The notes: generated by a model from the sequence alone, not told the origin. A DNA stretch of 43,544 nt from an uncultured archaeon (GCA_964399605.1 CAYNRH010000001.1:1-43544), one strand, 5' to 3'; positions 24,069 to 33,596 are shown, counted from the stretch's first letter. Translations and numbers: made by a program.

Positions 24069-25316
24069 TCACTTTTTCTTCTTTTTAACTTCTTGAAATT
24101 TGGTGTAGAGCAACGTGTTTGACTCCAAATTTTCCATAACCACTGTATTTGGCCCTATTGTACAGTTGGACCCCACCAAAACACCTGGCATAAATCTAAC
24201 CGAAATACCGGTTCTTGTGTTGTTACCCATAATTACACCAAGCGATTTTCTTCCTGTTTCAACTCTCTTTCCCTTGACAACTGAATTGACTATTCCACGG
24301 TCAATTCTTACATCTGCTGTTATTGTTCCTGCACCCACCCTGCAGTCTTCCCCGATTATAGAATCTCCAAAGAATCCTGAGTGAGTGTGAGTACCTCTTT
24401 GAACTATTGTTCTTGTAACCTCCGCCCCCATTCCTATCATGACATCATCTTCCAGGTTTGTGTAATCCCTTATGAGGGTGTTGTTTCCTATTATCACGTT
24501 GTTGCCGATATAGCATGGCCCATTTATTGTTGCGCCTCTGAAAATCCTTGTGTTTTCACCTATGTATACGTCTCCATTTATGACAACGGATGGGTCTATT
24601 TTGGCAGAATCTGCTATGAAAGAACCCATATTTTTCATAAGTCTTTTAACTACATCAAGCATATGCCATGGGTATTTCAGAGATACAGTATCCTTTTCTG
24701 TTACAAATACAGGTACGTCGTTTTTCTTCATATAAAGGTCCAATGCCTCTTCATAATTGTAATGGTGTTGAGGCACTTTGTCCAAGTAGTCAAAGAATTC
24801 AGGATGTAGAAGATACATGGACACGGCTTTTATATTTGATGGCTCTTTACCTCTCTCAGGCTTTTCTATTATTCCTTTTGCAAAATTATTTTTTACATTC
24901 AAAATACCATATATCCACGGTGTATCAGTTTCTCTTCCCAAAAGTGTTATCGGTGCACTATTCTCTTTCGATGTATTCATCATTGGAGTTATGAATTCCG
25001 ATGCATCTACATGGTGTGCCCCCAAAACAAAAAACTGCCTTTTTAAAAGATTCCTTGCCTGGGAAAGAGCATTACCCATTCCCTTTGGCTCTTTCTGAAC
25101 AACAAACTTTACATCCGGGTCATTAATAACCTTCTCTATTTCTCTCCCGGGCCCCTGAATAATTATTATATCCTTTATCCCAGCAGATTTTATGCTATCT
25201 ATGGTATGCTGTATTAACGGTTTCCCCATGATATTGTTCAAAGACTTATGCCTCCCCTCTGAAAGAGGCCAGAATCTTGAAGATTCCCCTGCAGCAAGTA
25301 TCACAGCCTGTGTCAT
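24069..25316 (-). CDS. glmU: bifunctional sugar-1-phosphate nucleotidyltransferase/acetyltransferase (archaeal GlmU-like)
   Basis: ILAAGESSRFWPL nucleotide-binding loop and a C-terminal left-handed beta-helix with hexapeptide repeats (IGNNVIIGNNTLI, IGEDCRVGAGT). Confidence 0.8.
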   Translation of the reverse strand: MTQAVILAAGESSRFWPLSEGRHKSLNNIMGKPLIQHTIDSIKSAGIKDIIIIQGPGREIEKVINDPDVKFVVQKEPKGMGNALSQARNLLKRQFFVLGAHHVDASEFITPMMNTSKENSAPITLLGRETDTPWIYGILNVKNNFAKGIIEKPERGKEPSNIKAVSMYLLHPEFFDYLDKVPQHHYNYEEALDLYMKKNDVPVFVTEKDTVSLKYPWHMLDVVKRLMKNMGSFIADSAKIDPSVVINGDVYIGENTRIFRGATINGPCYIGNNVIIGNNTLIRDYTNLEDDVMIGMGAEVTRTIVQRGTHTHSGFFGDSIIGEDCRVGAGTITADVRIDRGIVNSVVKGKRVETGRKSLGVIMGNNTRTGISVRFMPGVLVGSNCTIGPNTVVMENLESNTLLYTKFQEVKKKKK

Positions 25317-26626
25317 TCAACCACCCCCATAATTTCTTCCAAAGCTTTTTGAGACTCCTTCTCGTCTTTGCTTTCAACCACAGCCCTGATTACATTTGAT
25401 GTTCCTGAAGGCCTTATCAGAGCATTGGCGTTACCAATCTTGAATTTAACTCCATCCAAATCAGAAATAATCTCATACTTCTGCTTTATTTTTTTCCCTA
25501 TAAGATTCATTTTGTTTATTTTTTCTTCTTGGCTTTCAAGCTTGATTTTGTGTTTCTTCACGAAATAAGTTGGAAATTTACTCCTTATTTCATTTAGGTT
25601 CTGTAAGTAAGCAAGAATCAAGCTTCCAAAAGTTCCAGAGTTATACCAGCAGAATTTGGGAAAAGCATAGTGGCCATTTGGCTCTCCACAAAACTCTGCC
25701 CCTATTTCTATTGCTTTTTTTGAAACAAAAATATCCCCTACTCTGGTATAGACAATATTTGAGCCAGAAACCTCATTGAGCATATGCGATGTATCCAATG
25801 AAGCAGAAATGTTGCTTGGTTTTATAACACTGGCAAAAATGGCAAACATCTCGTCTCCAGATATCCATCCGTTCCTATCAAAAGCAAAAATTCTGTCTGC
25901 ATCCGGGTCAGTGCCAACTACCAAATCCGCATTTTCTTTTTTCATCAGCCCAAAAAGATATAGCCTGGTTTCCTCCTCTGGTTCAGGATCCAAATTACAA
26001 TCAGGTGTAGTACTGCAATTAACTTCAATTACACTTGCACCCAATTTCTTTAATAGTTTTGGCAAATGTAAAGAAGCTCCACCATTTGCACAGTCAACAA
26101 TGATCTTTTTTCCATTGAGAGATTTTATTTCTCCCATGTATTCTTTTAGGGCATTCAATGCTGCTTCCTCATAAATCCTTGAAAATTCTTCAAATTTATC
26201 CGACAATTGACCGGCTTCTTCAGATGTTTTAAATTTTTCATCAAGAAATATCTCTTTTATTTTTGCCATTTCCTCATTGCTGAATCCGTTCCCCTTTTGG
26301 TAGAAAAATTTGAAGCCATTCATCTCCCAGGGATTATGAGAAGCTGTGATTATTATTGAAAAATCTGCTTTGTAATAACTGCCGGCAAGGGCAACCTTAT
26401 CAGATGTGCTAATTCCAATGTCAATAACACTCACACCCGTAGATAAAATACCTCTTATGAGAGCTTTTTTCAAGGATGGAGAACTTTTTCTGGTATCACA
26501 CCCAACAACTATTAATTTTTTTCCATATGTCCCTGCAGTTTTTCCTAACTTTTCCGAAAAATTTTCATCAAGCTCTTCCGGATAATAACCTCTTATATCA
26601 TATCTCATGAATACTTTCGGTACCAT
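25313..26626 (-). CDS. glmM: phosphoglucosamine mutase / phosphohexomutase
   Basis: TASHNPWEMNGFK phosphoserine loop, GTDPDADR metal loop, GEPNGH sugar loop. 4-nt overlap with glmU. Confidence 0.85.
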   Translation of the reverse strand: MVPKVFMRYDIRGYYPEELDENFSEKLGKTAGTYGKKLIVVGCDTRKSSPSLKKALIRGILSTGVSVIDIGISTSDKVALAGSYYKADFSIIITASHNPWEMNGFKFFYQKGNGFSNEEMAKIKEIFLDEKFKTSEEAGQLSDKFEEFSRIYEEAALNALKEYMGEIKSLNGKKIIVDCANGGASLHLPKLLKKLGASVIEVNCSTTPDCNLDPEPEEETRLYLFGLMKKENADLVVGTDPDADRIFAFDRNGWISGDEMFAIFASVIKPSNISASLDTSHMLNEVSGSNIVYTRVGDIFVSKKAIEIGAEFCGEPNGHYAFPKFCWYNSGTFGSLILAYLQNLNEIRSKFPTYFVKKHKIKLESQEEKINKMNLIGKKIKQKYEIISDLDGVKFKIGNANALIRPSGTSNVIRAVVESKDEKESQKALEEIMGVVE

Positions 26627-26636
26627 TTTAACACCC

Positions 26637-28400
26637 CTATTTTACAACAACGCTTTTAGCTAAATTCCTTGGCTTGTCCGGATCATATCCTCTTAAAACA
26701 GCCAACTGATATCCAAGAATTTGCATTGGAATAACATGAGTAATTGGGTCTGCTACATCAACCTCTGGAACCCTTATCCAATAATCAAAAACCTCATTGT
26801 TTTCGGGTCCCACACCAATTATATAACCACCACGGCTCTTTATTTCAATGGCATTGGAAATTATGTCCTTCTCTGTATCCTTTGAAACAAAAACTATCGT
26901 TGGCGTATCATTTTCTATTAAGGCAATGGAGCCATGCTTTAAATCCCCGCCAGCAAAACCCTCTGTGTGTATGTACGATACCTCTTTGAGCTTCAGGGCA
27001 GCCTCCAAAGCAGTGGGGTACATGAGCCCCCTGCCTATCGTAAATATGTGCTTTTTGTTTTTCAGTATTTCAGCGAGCTTCTTCAAATGTTTCCTTGTAC
27101 TCAATGCAGTTAAATTGTAAACAAGGCTATGAAGATTTTTTAGTTTATTTTTTCCCTCCTCTAAATTATCAGCAACACCATAAGCCAAGAGCAAGAGCAA
27201 CGCAACCTGGGATGTGTATGCCTTTGTTGAAACAACACATATTTCAGGACCATTTTTTATATAAAGCGACTTATCGGATTCCCTGTCAAGAGAAGACCCT
27301 TTGACATTTAAAATTGAAAATACTTTTCCGCCTGCCTTCTTTGCAGCCCTCACTGCCTCCAGAGTGTCTGCAGTTTCACCAGACTGGGAAACAGCAATAA
27401 CCAGACTGTTTTCATTTAATAAATGCTTGAAATTGGAAAATTCAGAACCAGAAAAAGCATGAATGTATTTGTTGGAAATTTTTGAAAACAAATAACTTCC
27501 CAAGAGACAAGCATAATATGCAGTCCCACACCCAACAAAAAAAACATCTCTGGCATTTCTTATATCGCTGACAATTTCTTTTATCTTCTCTTCATCCTGC
27601 TCAATCGCTTTCTGAATCGTTTCCGCCTGCTCCATTATCTCCTTGAGCATATAATGGTCAAATTCACCCTTTTCTGCCTGCTCGACACGCCAATCCACGC
27701 TTGATATTTCCTTTTTTACTTCTTTGCCTTTATCTATGTTGAAAATCTTTATGCTTCCATTCAATACAGCCATGTCACCATCAGACATGTATATAACATT
27801 TTTTGTATGGTCAAGAAATGCGGGTATGTCCGAAGCTGGAAAGTACTCCCCATCGCCAACACCAATAACAAGCGGTGCTTTCCTTCTTGCAGCAATCATC
27901 TTTTTTTCATTTTTGTTGAATATTAACAAGGCATACTGCCCTTCAAGCTTTTTCAAGGCTGATTTTGTTGCCTCCACGAAATCCTTGCCGCTTTTCATTT
28001 CTTCTCCTATGAGATGCGCTATTATCTCCGTGTCCGTCTCTGATTTTAAATTATGACCCACCAGAGATTTTCTAAGTTCCTGGTAGTTCTCTATTATTCC
28101 ATTGTGGACTAAAACTATGTCACCAGAACAGCCTGTATGGGGATGTGCATTTTCCTTGGTTACACCGCCATGTGTTGCCCATCTCGTATGGCCAATGCCA
28201 ATAGAACCGGGTAAATCTGTTAAGTTGAGTTTTTTATGTATCTCATCAATTTTTCCAGCATCTTTCTTTAGGTGTATTTTCCCATTATGGAACGTGGCTA
28301 TTCCAGCAGAATCATAACCCCTGTATTCAAGATTCTTCAGCCCCTGAAATATTATGGGAGCTGCCTGCTTATTTCCAACATAACCTATTATTCCACACAT
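26637..28400 (-). CDS. glmS: glutamine--fructose-6-phosphate aminotransferase
   Basis: MCGIIGY Ntn-Cys start, two SIS domains, C-terminal DKPRNLAKSVVVK. Confidence 0.95.
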   Translation of the reverse strand: MCGIIGYVGNKQAAPIIFQGLKNLEYRGYDSAGIATFHNGKIHLKKDAGKIDEIHKKLNLTDLPGSIGIGHTRWATHGGVTKENAHPHTGCSGDIVLVHNGIIENYQELRKSLVGHNLKSETDTEIIAHLIGEEMKSGKDFVEATKSALKKLEGQYALLIFNKNEKKMIAARRKAPLVIGVGDGEYFPASDIPAFLDHTKNVIYMSDGDMAVLNGSIKIFNIDKGKEVKKEISSVDWRVEQAEKGEFDHYMLKEIMEQAETIQKAIEQDEEKIKEIVSDIRNARDVFFVGCGTAYYACLLGSYLFSKISNKYIHAFSGSEFSNFKHLLNENSLVIAVSQSGETADTLEAVRAAKKAGGKVFSILNVKGSSLDRESDKSLYIKNGPEICVVSTKAYTSQVALLLLLAYGVADNLEEGKNKLKNLHSLVYNLTALSTRKHLKKLAEILKNKKHIFTIGRGLMYPTALEAALKLKEVSYIHTEGFAGGDLKHGSIALIENDTPTIVFVSKDTEKDIISNAIEIKSRGGYIIGVGPENNEVFDYWIRVPEVDVADPITHVIPMQILGYQLAVLRGYDPDKPRNLAKSVVVK

Positions 28401-28429
28401 CTCTAATCAAAGACAATTTTCTCATGGGG

Positions 28430-28439
28430 TATATAAAAA
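28430..28439 (-). promoter_or_regulatory. candidate TATA box for the glmS operon
   Basis: Minus-strand TTTTTATATA, 30-39 nt upstream of the glmS ATG. Confidence 0.35.
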
Positions 28440-28600
28440 GCCCCCTAACAAAAAATTGATAATTTCTAAAAATTCAAATTTTAACACCTAAAGCACCTGA
28501 AAATTAAAAATTCGCCGTTTTTAAGTGTTTCAGCTTTTGTAACCATTTAACAGTTGCAAGAAAAAGTTTTTTGTATATAAAAAAGTCATTATTAAAAAAA

Positions 28601-29815
28601 TTATAATAATTTTTTCATAATATACTCCCTGGTTTTTTCTGCCTCTTTTTCCGGATTTATTGGATTCTCAAGGGATTTATCTCTTGCCTCGAACAAAAAC
28701 ATGGAAAACGAATCTATTCTTTCTCTATCTATAAAGAACTTTTCTTTTCCTGCAGCGGTGTATACTGCATTTCTTAAAACAATGTATAACTGGTCATTCT
28801 TTTCTAAAGTAATCTCCTTCCATTTATCGCCCTTCAAAAAAAACTGAAAGTGCTTCATGTCGCCATACATTTCTATCGGCTTTCCATCTTTTTCTCCTTT
28901 TATTACAAAAATTCTTAGCTCCTCATCAAGGAATTTCTTGCCATTTATTTCAGTTTCCTTGGAAAACTTAATTTTTTTGCCTGTATTTTTTTCAATTTCC
29001 CTTACAATATCCAAATCTGGCACTCCAAGCCACCCCGTATGTATCCCTATAGGATCCTTTCCAGCCAGCCCATTGATGTTGGACTGCGCCGTAGCTGGAT
29101 TTTTACCACCAAAAATTTTAAGCCTTATGTCAACAAGTTTGGGGTTCTCTATAGAATTTATCATAAAAAAATCTACTTTTGAATCAGTAAGCTTCATATT
29201 AGTGGAATCAAAAAAATCAAGGAGATAAATCTCGTGGATAGCTTTGTCTAAAATATCACCGCCCTGGACACCATACCTGTGATCTCCATGAAGTATTTTC
29301 TTCAAACCAATTGAGTTATACCTGAAAGTTTCCACGGATAAAACGTTTATTCTCTCCTCTTTCAAAAATCTTTTTGCAAACAGAACCGCAGGATTAAAAT
29401 ATTCAATGGCATCAAAGCCCCAATTTCCATCCTGTTTTTCCACCATTTCTTCATCTTCCTTTGTAAGATAAGGTGGTTTTTCGGCAAGATGAAAGAATTT
29501 ATATTCTATGCTCTTTAGAACGTGTGACGTATGAAGCTCTCCTGGACTGGCGTCATATATCAAAACATTGCTCATTCCTGATGCATGATTGTACATATCC
29601 TGTGTGTATGAAAATATTTTTGTTTTTAACTTTTCCTTTTCCATTATTTTCTCCAAATCTGCCCTGGCTTTTGGGTCTATATCGCAAATCCCTTCCAGTA
29701 TTAGGTTAACATCTCTTAACTCCTTTGAAAGCTGTACAAACTTCTTAAAGGCAATCTTACCCCATTTTCCATAACCTATCTGAAAGACATGAACAACTGG
29801 CTTTAATGAACTCAT
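28601..29815 (-). CDS. Gfo/Idh/MocA-family oxidoreductase, long form (paralogue B)
   Basis: VFQIGYGKWGK (GxGxxG), HLAEKPP (EKP), GGDILDKAIHEIY; 404 aa. Clear similarity to 20255-21655. Confidence 0.65.
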   Translation of the reverse strand: MSSLKPVVHVFQIGYGKWGKIAFKKFVQLSKELRDVNLILEGICDIDPKARADLEKIMEKEKLKTKIFSYTQDMYNHASGMSNVLIYDASPGELHTSHVLKSIEYKFFHLAEKPPYLTKEDEEMVEKQDGNWGFDAIEYFNPAVLFAKRFLKEERINVLSVETFRYNSIGLKKILHGDHRYGVQGGDILDKAIHEIYLLDFFDSTNMKLTDSKVDFFMINSIENPKLVDIRLKIFGGKNPATAQSNINGLAGKDPIGIHTGWLGVPDLDIVREIEKNTGKKIKFSKETEINGKKFLDEELRIFVIKGEKDGKPIEMYGDMKHFQFFLKGDKWKEITLEKNDQLYIVLRNAVYTAAGKEKFFIDRERIDSFSMFLFEARDKSLENPINPEKEAEKTREYIMKKLL

Positions 29816-29868
29816 AATTTGAATTAATGCAGGAGAAATATATATATAATTTCAATTACAAAAACCTT

Positions 29869-30639
29869 TTAACCATTATTCTCACCATATATTTCTGAGA
29901 TTATCACATCCATAGCCAAATCATGAAAAGGTTTATACTTCTCCATAGCATTTACAAAATCTTCTAATAATTTTCCCTCTGACCAAAACTTTACACTTTT
30001 TTTCAGTGCATTATACCTTTTTTTGTAAGCTTCGATCTCCATCTCTCTTGATTCCTTTAGATAGTTTTTGAGATCTTCCGAGTTTGAAAATCTTCCTTTC
30101 ACTACTTCGGAAAATTCCTTTTCTATAATTTCTGGATCATGCTTTCCGTACCCATACTTAGATTCTACCATTTCCGCAGTTTCTTCAATCAGATCGTCCA
30201 TTAATTTAGTTTTCTTTAAAACACAATCTTTTGTTTCTTCAAATACCTTGGCAATGTCTTCTTTACCAGCCAGATTTAATGTTCTACACGACGTTTCTAC
30301 ATTAAATTCTTGACATTCATAATTCGTGTTCCCGAAAAAACTGTCTTCCAAAAACTCACCAATTAAAGCTTTTCGTTTCTCCGGATCCTTTAACGATTTG
30401 TATATCTTTAATTTTCTAGCAACAAGGTGTAGGGGAACAGGGTATAGAGGTCGGCTTCCAAGCTCTATATCCAAATGACTAATTTCCAGAGGTTTTTCAA
30501 AGTAGTATAGAGATTCCAAAAGTTCTCCACCAGAATCACGAATTTCCGGATATTTTTCAAATGCTTCATTAAGTTCATTTGTATAATACTCTAACAAAGC
30601 TTCTCTTACGTCCGAACTATAATACGAACCATCATACAT
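29869..30639 (-). CDS. hypothetical acidic helical protein
   Basis: 256-aa ORF with ATG start. No motif recognised. Confidence 0.5.
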   Translation of the reverse strand: MYDGSYYSSDVREALLEYYTNELNEAFEKYPEIRDSGGELLESLYYFEKPLEISHLDIELGSRPLYPVPLHLVARKLKIYKSLKDPEKRKALIGEFLEDSFFGNTNYECQEFNVETSCRTLNLAGKEDIAKVFEETKDCVLKKTKLMDDLIEETAEMVESKYGYGKHDPEIIEKEFSEVVKGRFSNSEDLKNYLKESREMEIEAYKKRYNALKKSVKFWSEGKLLEDFVNAMEKYKPFHDLAMDVIISEIYGENNG

Positions 30640-30759
30640 CTATATCACCACCAACTCTTTAATTTTAAATGAGAAACTATTTAAACTTTATTAATAATTG
30701 TTAAATACCATTACAAAAATATTTATATACTTTATGGTGTATAATAATAAGTGATAATC

Positions 30760-31698
30760 ATGGAAAAGAAAAACCTTTTGTTCAAGGGAAGTGATGGAAA
30801 ATATTATTCTAAAAATATAGTGATATTTGACCATCCCAAAAAGCTGGCTCCGGCATCAAGTGATATGGCATGGAGAATCTTACAGTCGCTGAATGAAAAG
30901 CCGACATATCCAAATGAACTTGCAAAAAAATTAAAAATTCATGAGCAGAAGATATATTACCATATAAACAAGATGATGAATTCTGGACTGATAGAAGTTG
31001 TAAGGGAAGAGGGCAGGCATGGTGCAACCTGTAAGTTCTTTGCACCAACGGCAAAGGCATTCGGATTTGAATTTCCTGACGGAGAAACTGAAGTTAAGAC
31101 AACAAATAAGGACATAAATCCACATTTAAAGGATTTTTTTTATGAATTCATAAAAAATGGCATTTTTGACGGCTCAATAGTCGTTGGCTCCCCAATTCCG
31201 CATGGGCCGTACCTGACAGCAGCAAGAGATGGCCATTTTTCAACCCAGTTGGGAATCTTTCTCGGCAGCTTTTGCTCATTGAAAAACAGGTTTGTCATAA
31301 AACTGGATACAGAAGTAAAGGCTGAAAATGCCCAGAACAGGAACATGATACTCATAGGCGGTCCAATAACAAACATGATATTTTCAGAATTGAACGAAAG
31401 ATTAAAGGTAAATTTCAAGTGGAACAGGTCGTGGATAATAAGCTCAGGAGAAAACGAATATATAGGGGAACTCGACGGCGTCATAGCAAAAATAACAAAC
31501 CCGTGGGATGAGACAAAGAAAATAGTTATATTTGCAGGGGCACATGCAGAAGGTACAAAAACGTGTATTTTGGCTCTAACGCAGCACTACGAAAAAATAT
31601 TGAAAGACTATAATAAAAACAAGGATTTTTACAAAATTATAAGGGGTTTGGATAAAGACGGAGATGGAAAAGTAGACGATATAGAAATTTTAGAGTGA
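30760..31698 (+). CDS. winged-helix (ArsR-like) DNA-binding protein with a large uncharacterised C-terminal domain
   Basis: MAWRILQSLNEKPTYPNELAKKLKIHEQKIYYHINKMMNSGLIEV is a wHTH. About 200 further aa (GSPIPHGPY, ILIGGPITN, VIFAGAHAEGT) are of unknown family. The track's GTG start lies in the SD; ATG at 30760. Confidence 0.6.
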   Translation: MEKKNLLFKGSDGKYYSKNIVIFDHPKKLAPASSDMAWRILQSLNEKPTYPNELAKKLKIHEQKIYYHINKMMNSGLIEVVREEGRHGATCKFFAPTAKAFGFEFPDGETEVKTTNKDINPHLKDFFYEFIKNGIFDGSIVVGSPIPHGPYLTAARDGHFSTQLGIFLGSFCSLKNRFVIKLDTEVKAENAQNRNMILIGGPITNMIFSELNERLKVNFKWNRSWIISSGENEYIGELDGVIAKITNPWDETKKIVIFAGAHAEGTKTCILALTQHYEKILKDYNKNKDFYKIIRGLDKDGDGKVDDIEILE

Positions 31699-32931
31699 TT
31701 TAATAATACCATATCCAATTAATCTCCATCTACCACCAATCTGGCGGAATAATGCTACTTTATCACCAATTTCAGCGCAAATAGGTGTTTTTAACTTTAT
31801 CTCTATTTCTTTGGTTCTTCCGGATGTCACCAAACCAACGGTTCTCCCTGTCCCAGACGTTATCATTAGGGCTTCATTCGTGTTTATTCCTGAAACTTCA
31901 TATTTCTCCTTTTCCCCTATAACATTTTCAAACAAATTCACATCCAAAAGCAGTTTTTCCCAGACAGGGGGAACTTTTCCCTCCAGCCCGGCTAGGTTTC
32001 CTGTCAAAAAATCGCTTTTTGTCAAGGAGGGATCCAACCTTGTGCCAACACCAATTAATCCACCAGGGCCAGCTTTTTTAACACTTTTTCCAAACTTATG
32101 AAGCGTGGTTATCTCGGTTATAAGTGGTTTAAATTCTCCCTTTATTGAAATTCCGGGCCTTAGTTCAATCTTGTCTCCAACCTTAAATTCTCCCTTTACA
32201 AGAGAGCCGCCAACCACTCCCCCAACAATTTTATCTATGGGCGTACCCGGTTTATTGACATCAAAACTTCTTGCCACAAACATTTTTGGCTCTGCTTTTA
32301 AATCCCTTTTTGGAGTCGGTATGTTTTCCTCAATCGCCTCTATGAGAGCATCTATATTCACCCTCTGTATGGCAGATATTGGTATTATCGGCGCATTTTC
32401 GGCAACAGTTCCCTTGACAAACTCTTTTATTTGTTTGTAGTTTTCCAGAACTTCTTCTTCCGTAACCAAATCTATCTTGTTCTGGACTATAATTATGTTT
32501 TTTATTCCCACTATGTTCAGCGCCATGAGATGCTCTGCGGTTTGGGGTTGTGGACATTCCTCATTTGCTGATATTATAAGCAATGCCCCGTCTATAAGTG
32601 CAGCACCAGAAAGCACGGTAGCCATCAAAGCGTTGTGTCCTGGAGCATCCACAAATGATATTATTCTTTGTGGTTCTGTATCACCAAAACATGTTGGGCA
32701 CTTTGAACTTGTTGAGTAGCAGTTCGGCTTCTTACATTTTGGGCATTTATAAACAGTTATGTCAGCATAACCAAGCCTTATTGTTATGCCCCTTTTCATT
32801 TCTTCGCTGTGAACATCGGCCCACTTTCCGGTCAGTGCCTCAACTATAGTGGTCTTGCCGTGGTCCACATGCCCAAATAATCCTATATTAACCCCTTCCA
32901 GCTCTTTTGTAGTTTTCTTAGATTTAGGCAT
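31690..32931 (-). CDS. eif2g: translation initiation factor aIF2 gamma
   Basis: GHVDHGKTT, zinc ribbon CPKCK...CPTCFG, DAPGH, QNKID. ATG at 32931 after AGTGAT. Confidence 0.95.
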   Translation of the reverse strand: MPKSKKTTKELEGVNIGLFGHVDHGKTTIVEALTGKWADVHSEEMKRGITIRLGYADITVYKCPKCKKPNCYSTSSKCPTCFGDTEPQRIISFVDAPGHNALMATVLSGAALIDGALLIISANEECPQPQTAEHLMALNIVGIKNIIIVQNKIDLVTEEEVLENYKQIKEFVKGTVAENAPIIPISAIQRVNIDALIEAIEENIPTPKRDLKAEPKMFVARSFDVNKPGTPIDKIVGGVVGGSLVKGEFKVGDKIELRPGISIKGEFKPLITEITTLHKFGKSVKKAGPGGLIGVGTRLDPSLTKSDFLTGNLAGLEGKVPPVWEKLLLDVNLFENVIGEKEKYEVSGINTNEALMITSGTGRTVGLVTSGRTKEIEIKLKTPICAEIGDKVALFRQIGGRWRLIGYGIIKSL

Positions 32932-32981
32932 AACTATCACTTTATTTAATAAATTTTTTTAATATTTAAAAGAATTAAAAA

Positions 32982-33596
32982 TTATTCCTTTCCTGTCTTT
33001 TCCTTTGTTTTCTCATCTTCCTTTGGCTTTTTCTCTTCTTTAGGCTCTTCCTTTTTATCTCCCTTTTCTTCTTCTTTTTCCTCAGCTTTTTTCGCTTCCT
33101 CAACCTTTTCTTCTTGTTTTTTCTCTTCTTTTTTAGGCTCTTCCTTCTTCTCCTTCTCAACACTCTCGTTCTTTGGTTCTACTTTTTCTGGTTCTTTTTT
33201 TGTTTCTTCCTTCGCTTCTTCCTCTTTTTTCACGCCAAGTATATCCTCTATCTTCTTTGCATCTTTCTTCTTTTCAACAACTTTAACGTTAACCTGAACT
33301 ATGTCTTCGCCTATTCTGTTGCCCCGCACGGTTTTCCTTTTCTTAACTCCTTTTTTCTTGGATTTGTATCCAACACCGCCTGTCAAGAGAGCTTTTCTTC
33401 TTATCATTCCGTCAAGGTCTCTTCTCATTGGAAACCCTTCCTTGTCGCTGCCACCAGTCAACTGAAGCTTATAACCAGTTAGTCCTACTAATGAGCCGTC
33501 AAAATCCTGGCCAATACGCATACCTATGAATGTTGGCACATCTTTTTCTATCTGATAGGCTTTTCCGTTTTTATCTGATATAACTATCTTGAACAT
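32982..33596 (-). CDS. rps6e: 30S ribosomal protein S6e with an approximately 80-aa Lys/Glu-rich C-terminal extension
   Basis: MFKIVISDKNGKAYQIE...GFPMRRD...RKTVRGN core. Start taken at ATG 33596 (after GGTGGA) rather than the track's 33626. Tail [17 protein letters not shown]...KEKTGKE. Confidence 0.9.
   Translation of the reverse strand: MFKIVISDKNGKAYQIEKDVPTFIGMRIGQDFDGSLVGLTGYKLQLTGGSDKEGFPMRRDLDGMIRRKALLTGGVGYKSKKKGVKKRKTVRGNRIGEDIVQVNVKVVEKKKDAKKIEDILGVKKEEEAKEETKKEPEKVEPKNESVEKEKKEEPKKEEKKQEEKVEEAKKAEEKEEEKGDKKEEPKEEKKPKEDEKTKEKTGKE

Noticed and set aside
28401-28600. The 200-nt spacer upstream of glmS, considered as a possible glmS ribozyme or riboswitch-like leader.
   Set aside because: The candidate TATA box lies only 30-39 nt from the ATG, leaving almost no leader. 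The spacer is AT-rich with no GC-rich nested helices resembling the glmS ribozyme core. It most likely holds the terminator and promoter between two operons.
32975-33163. Extremely Arg/Lys-rich 62-aa ORF on the minus strand.
   Set aside because: It is an alternative frame of the S6e K/E tail. It has no independent start context and sits entirely within rps6e.
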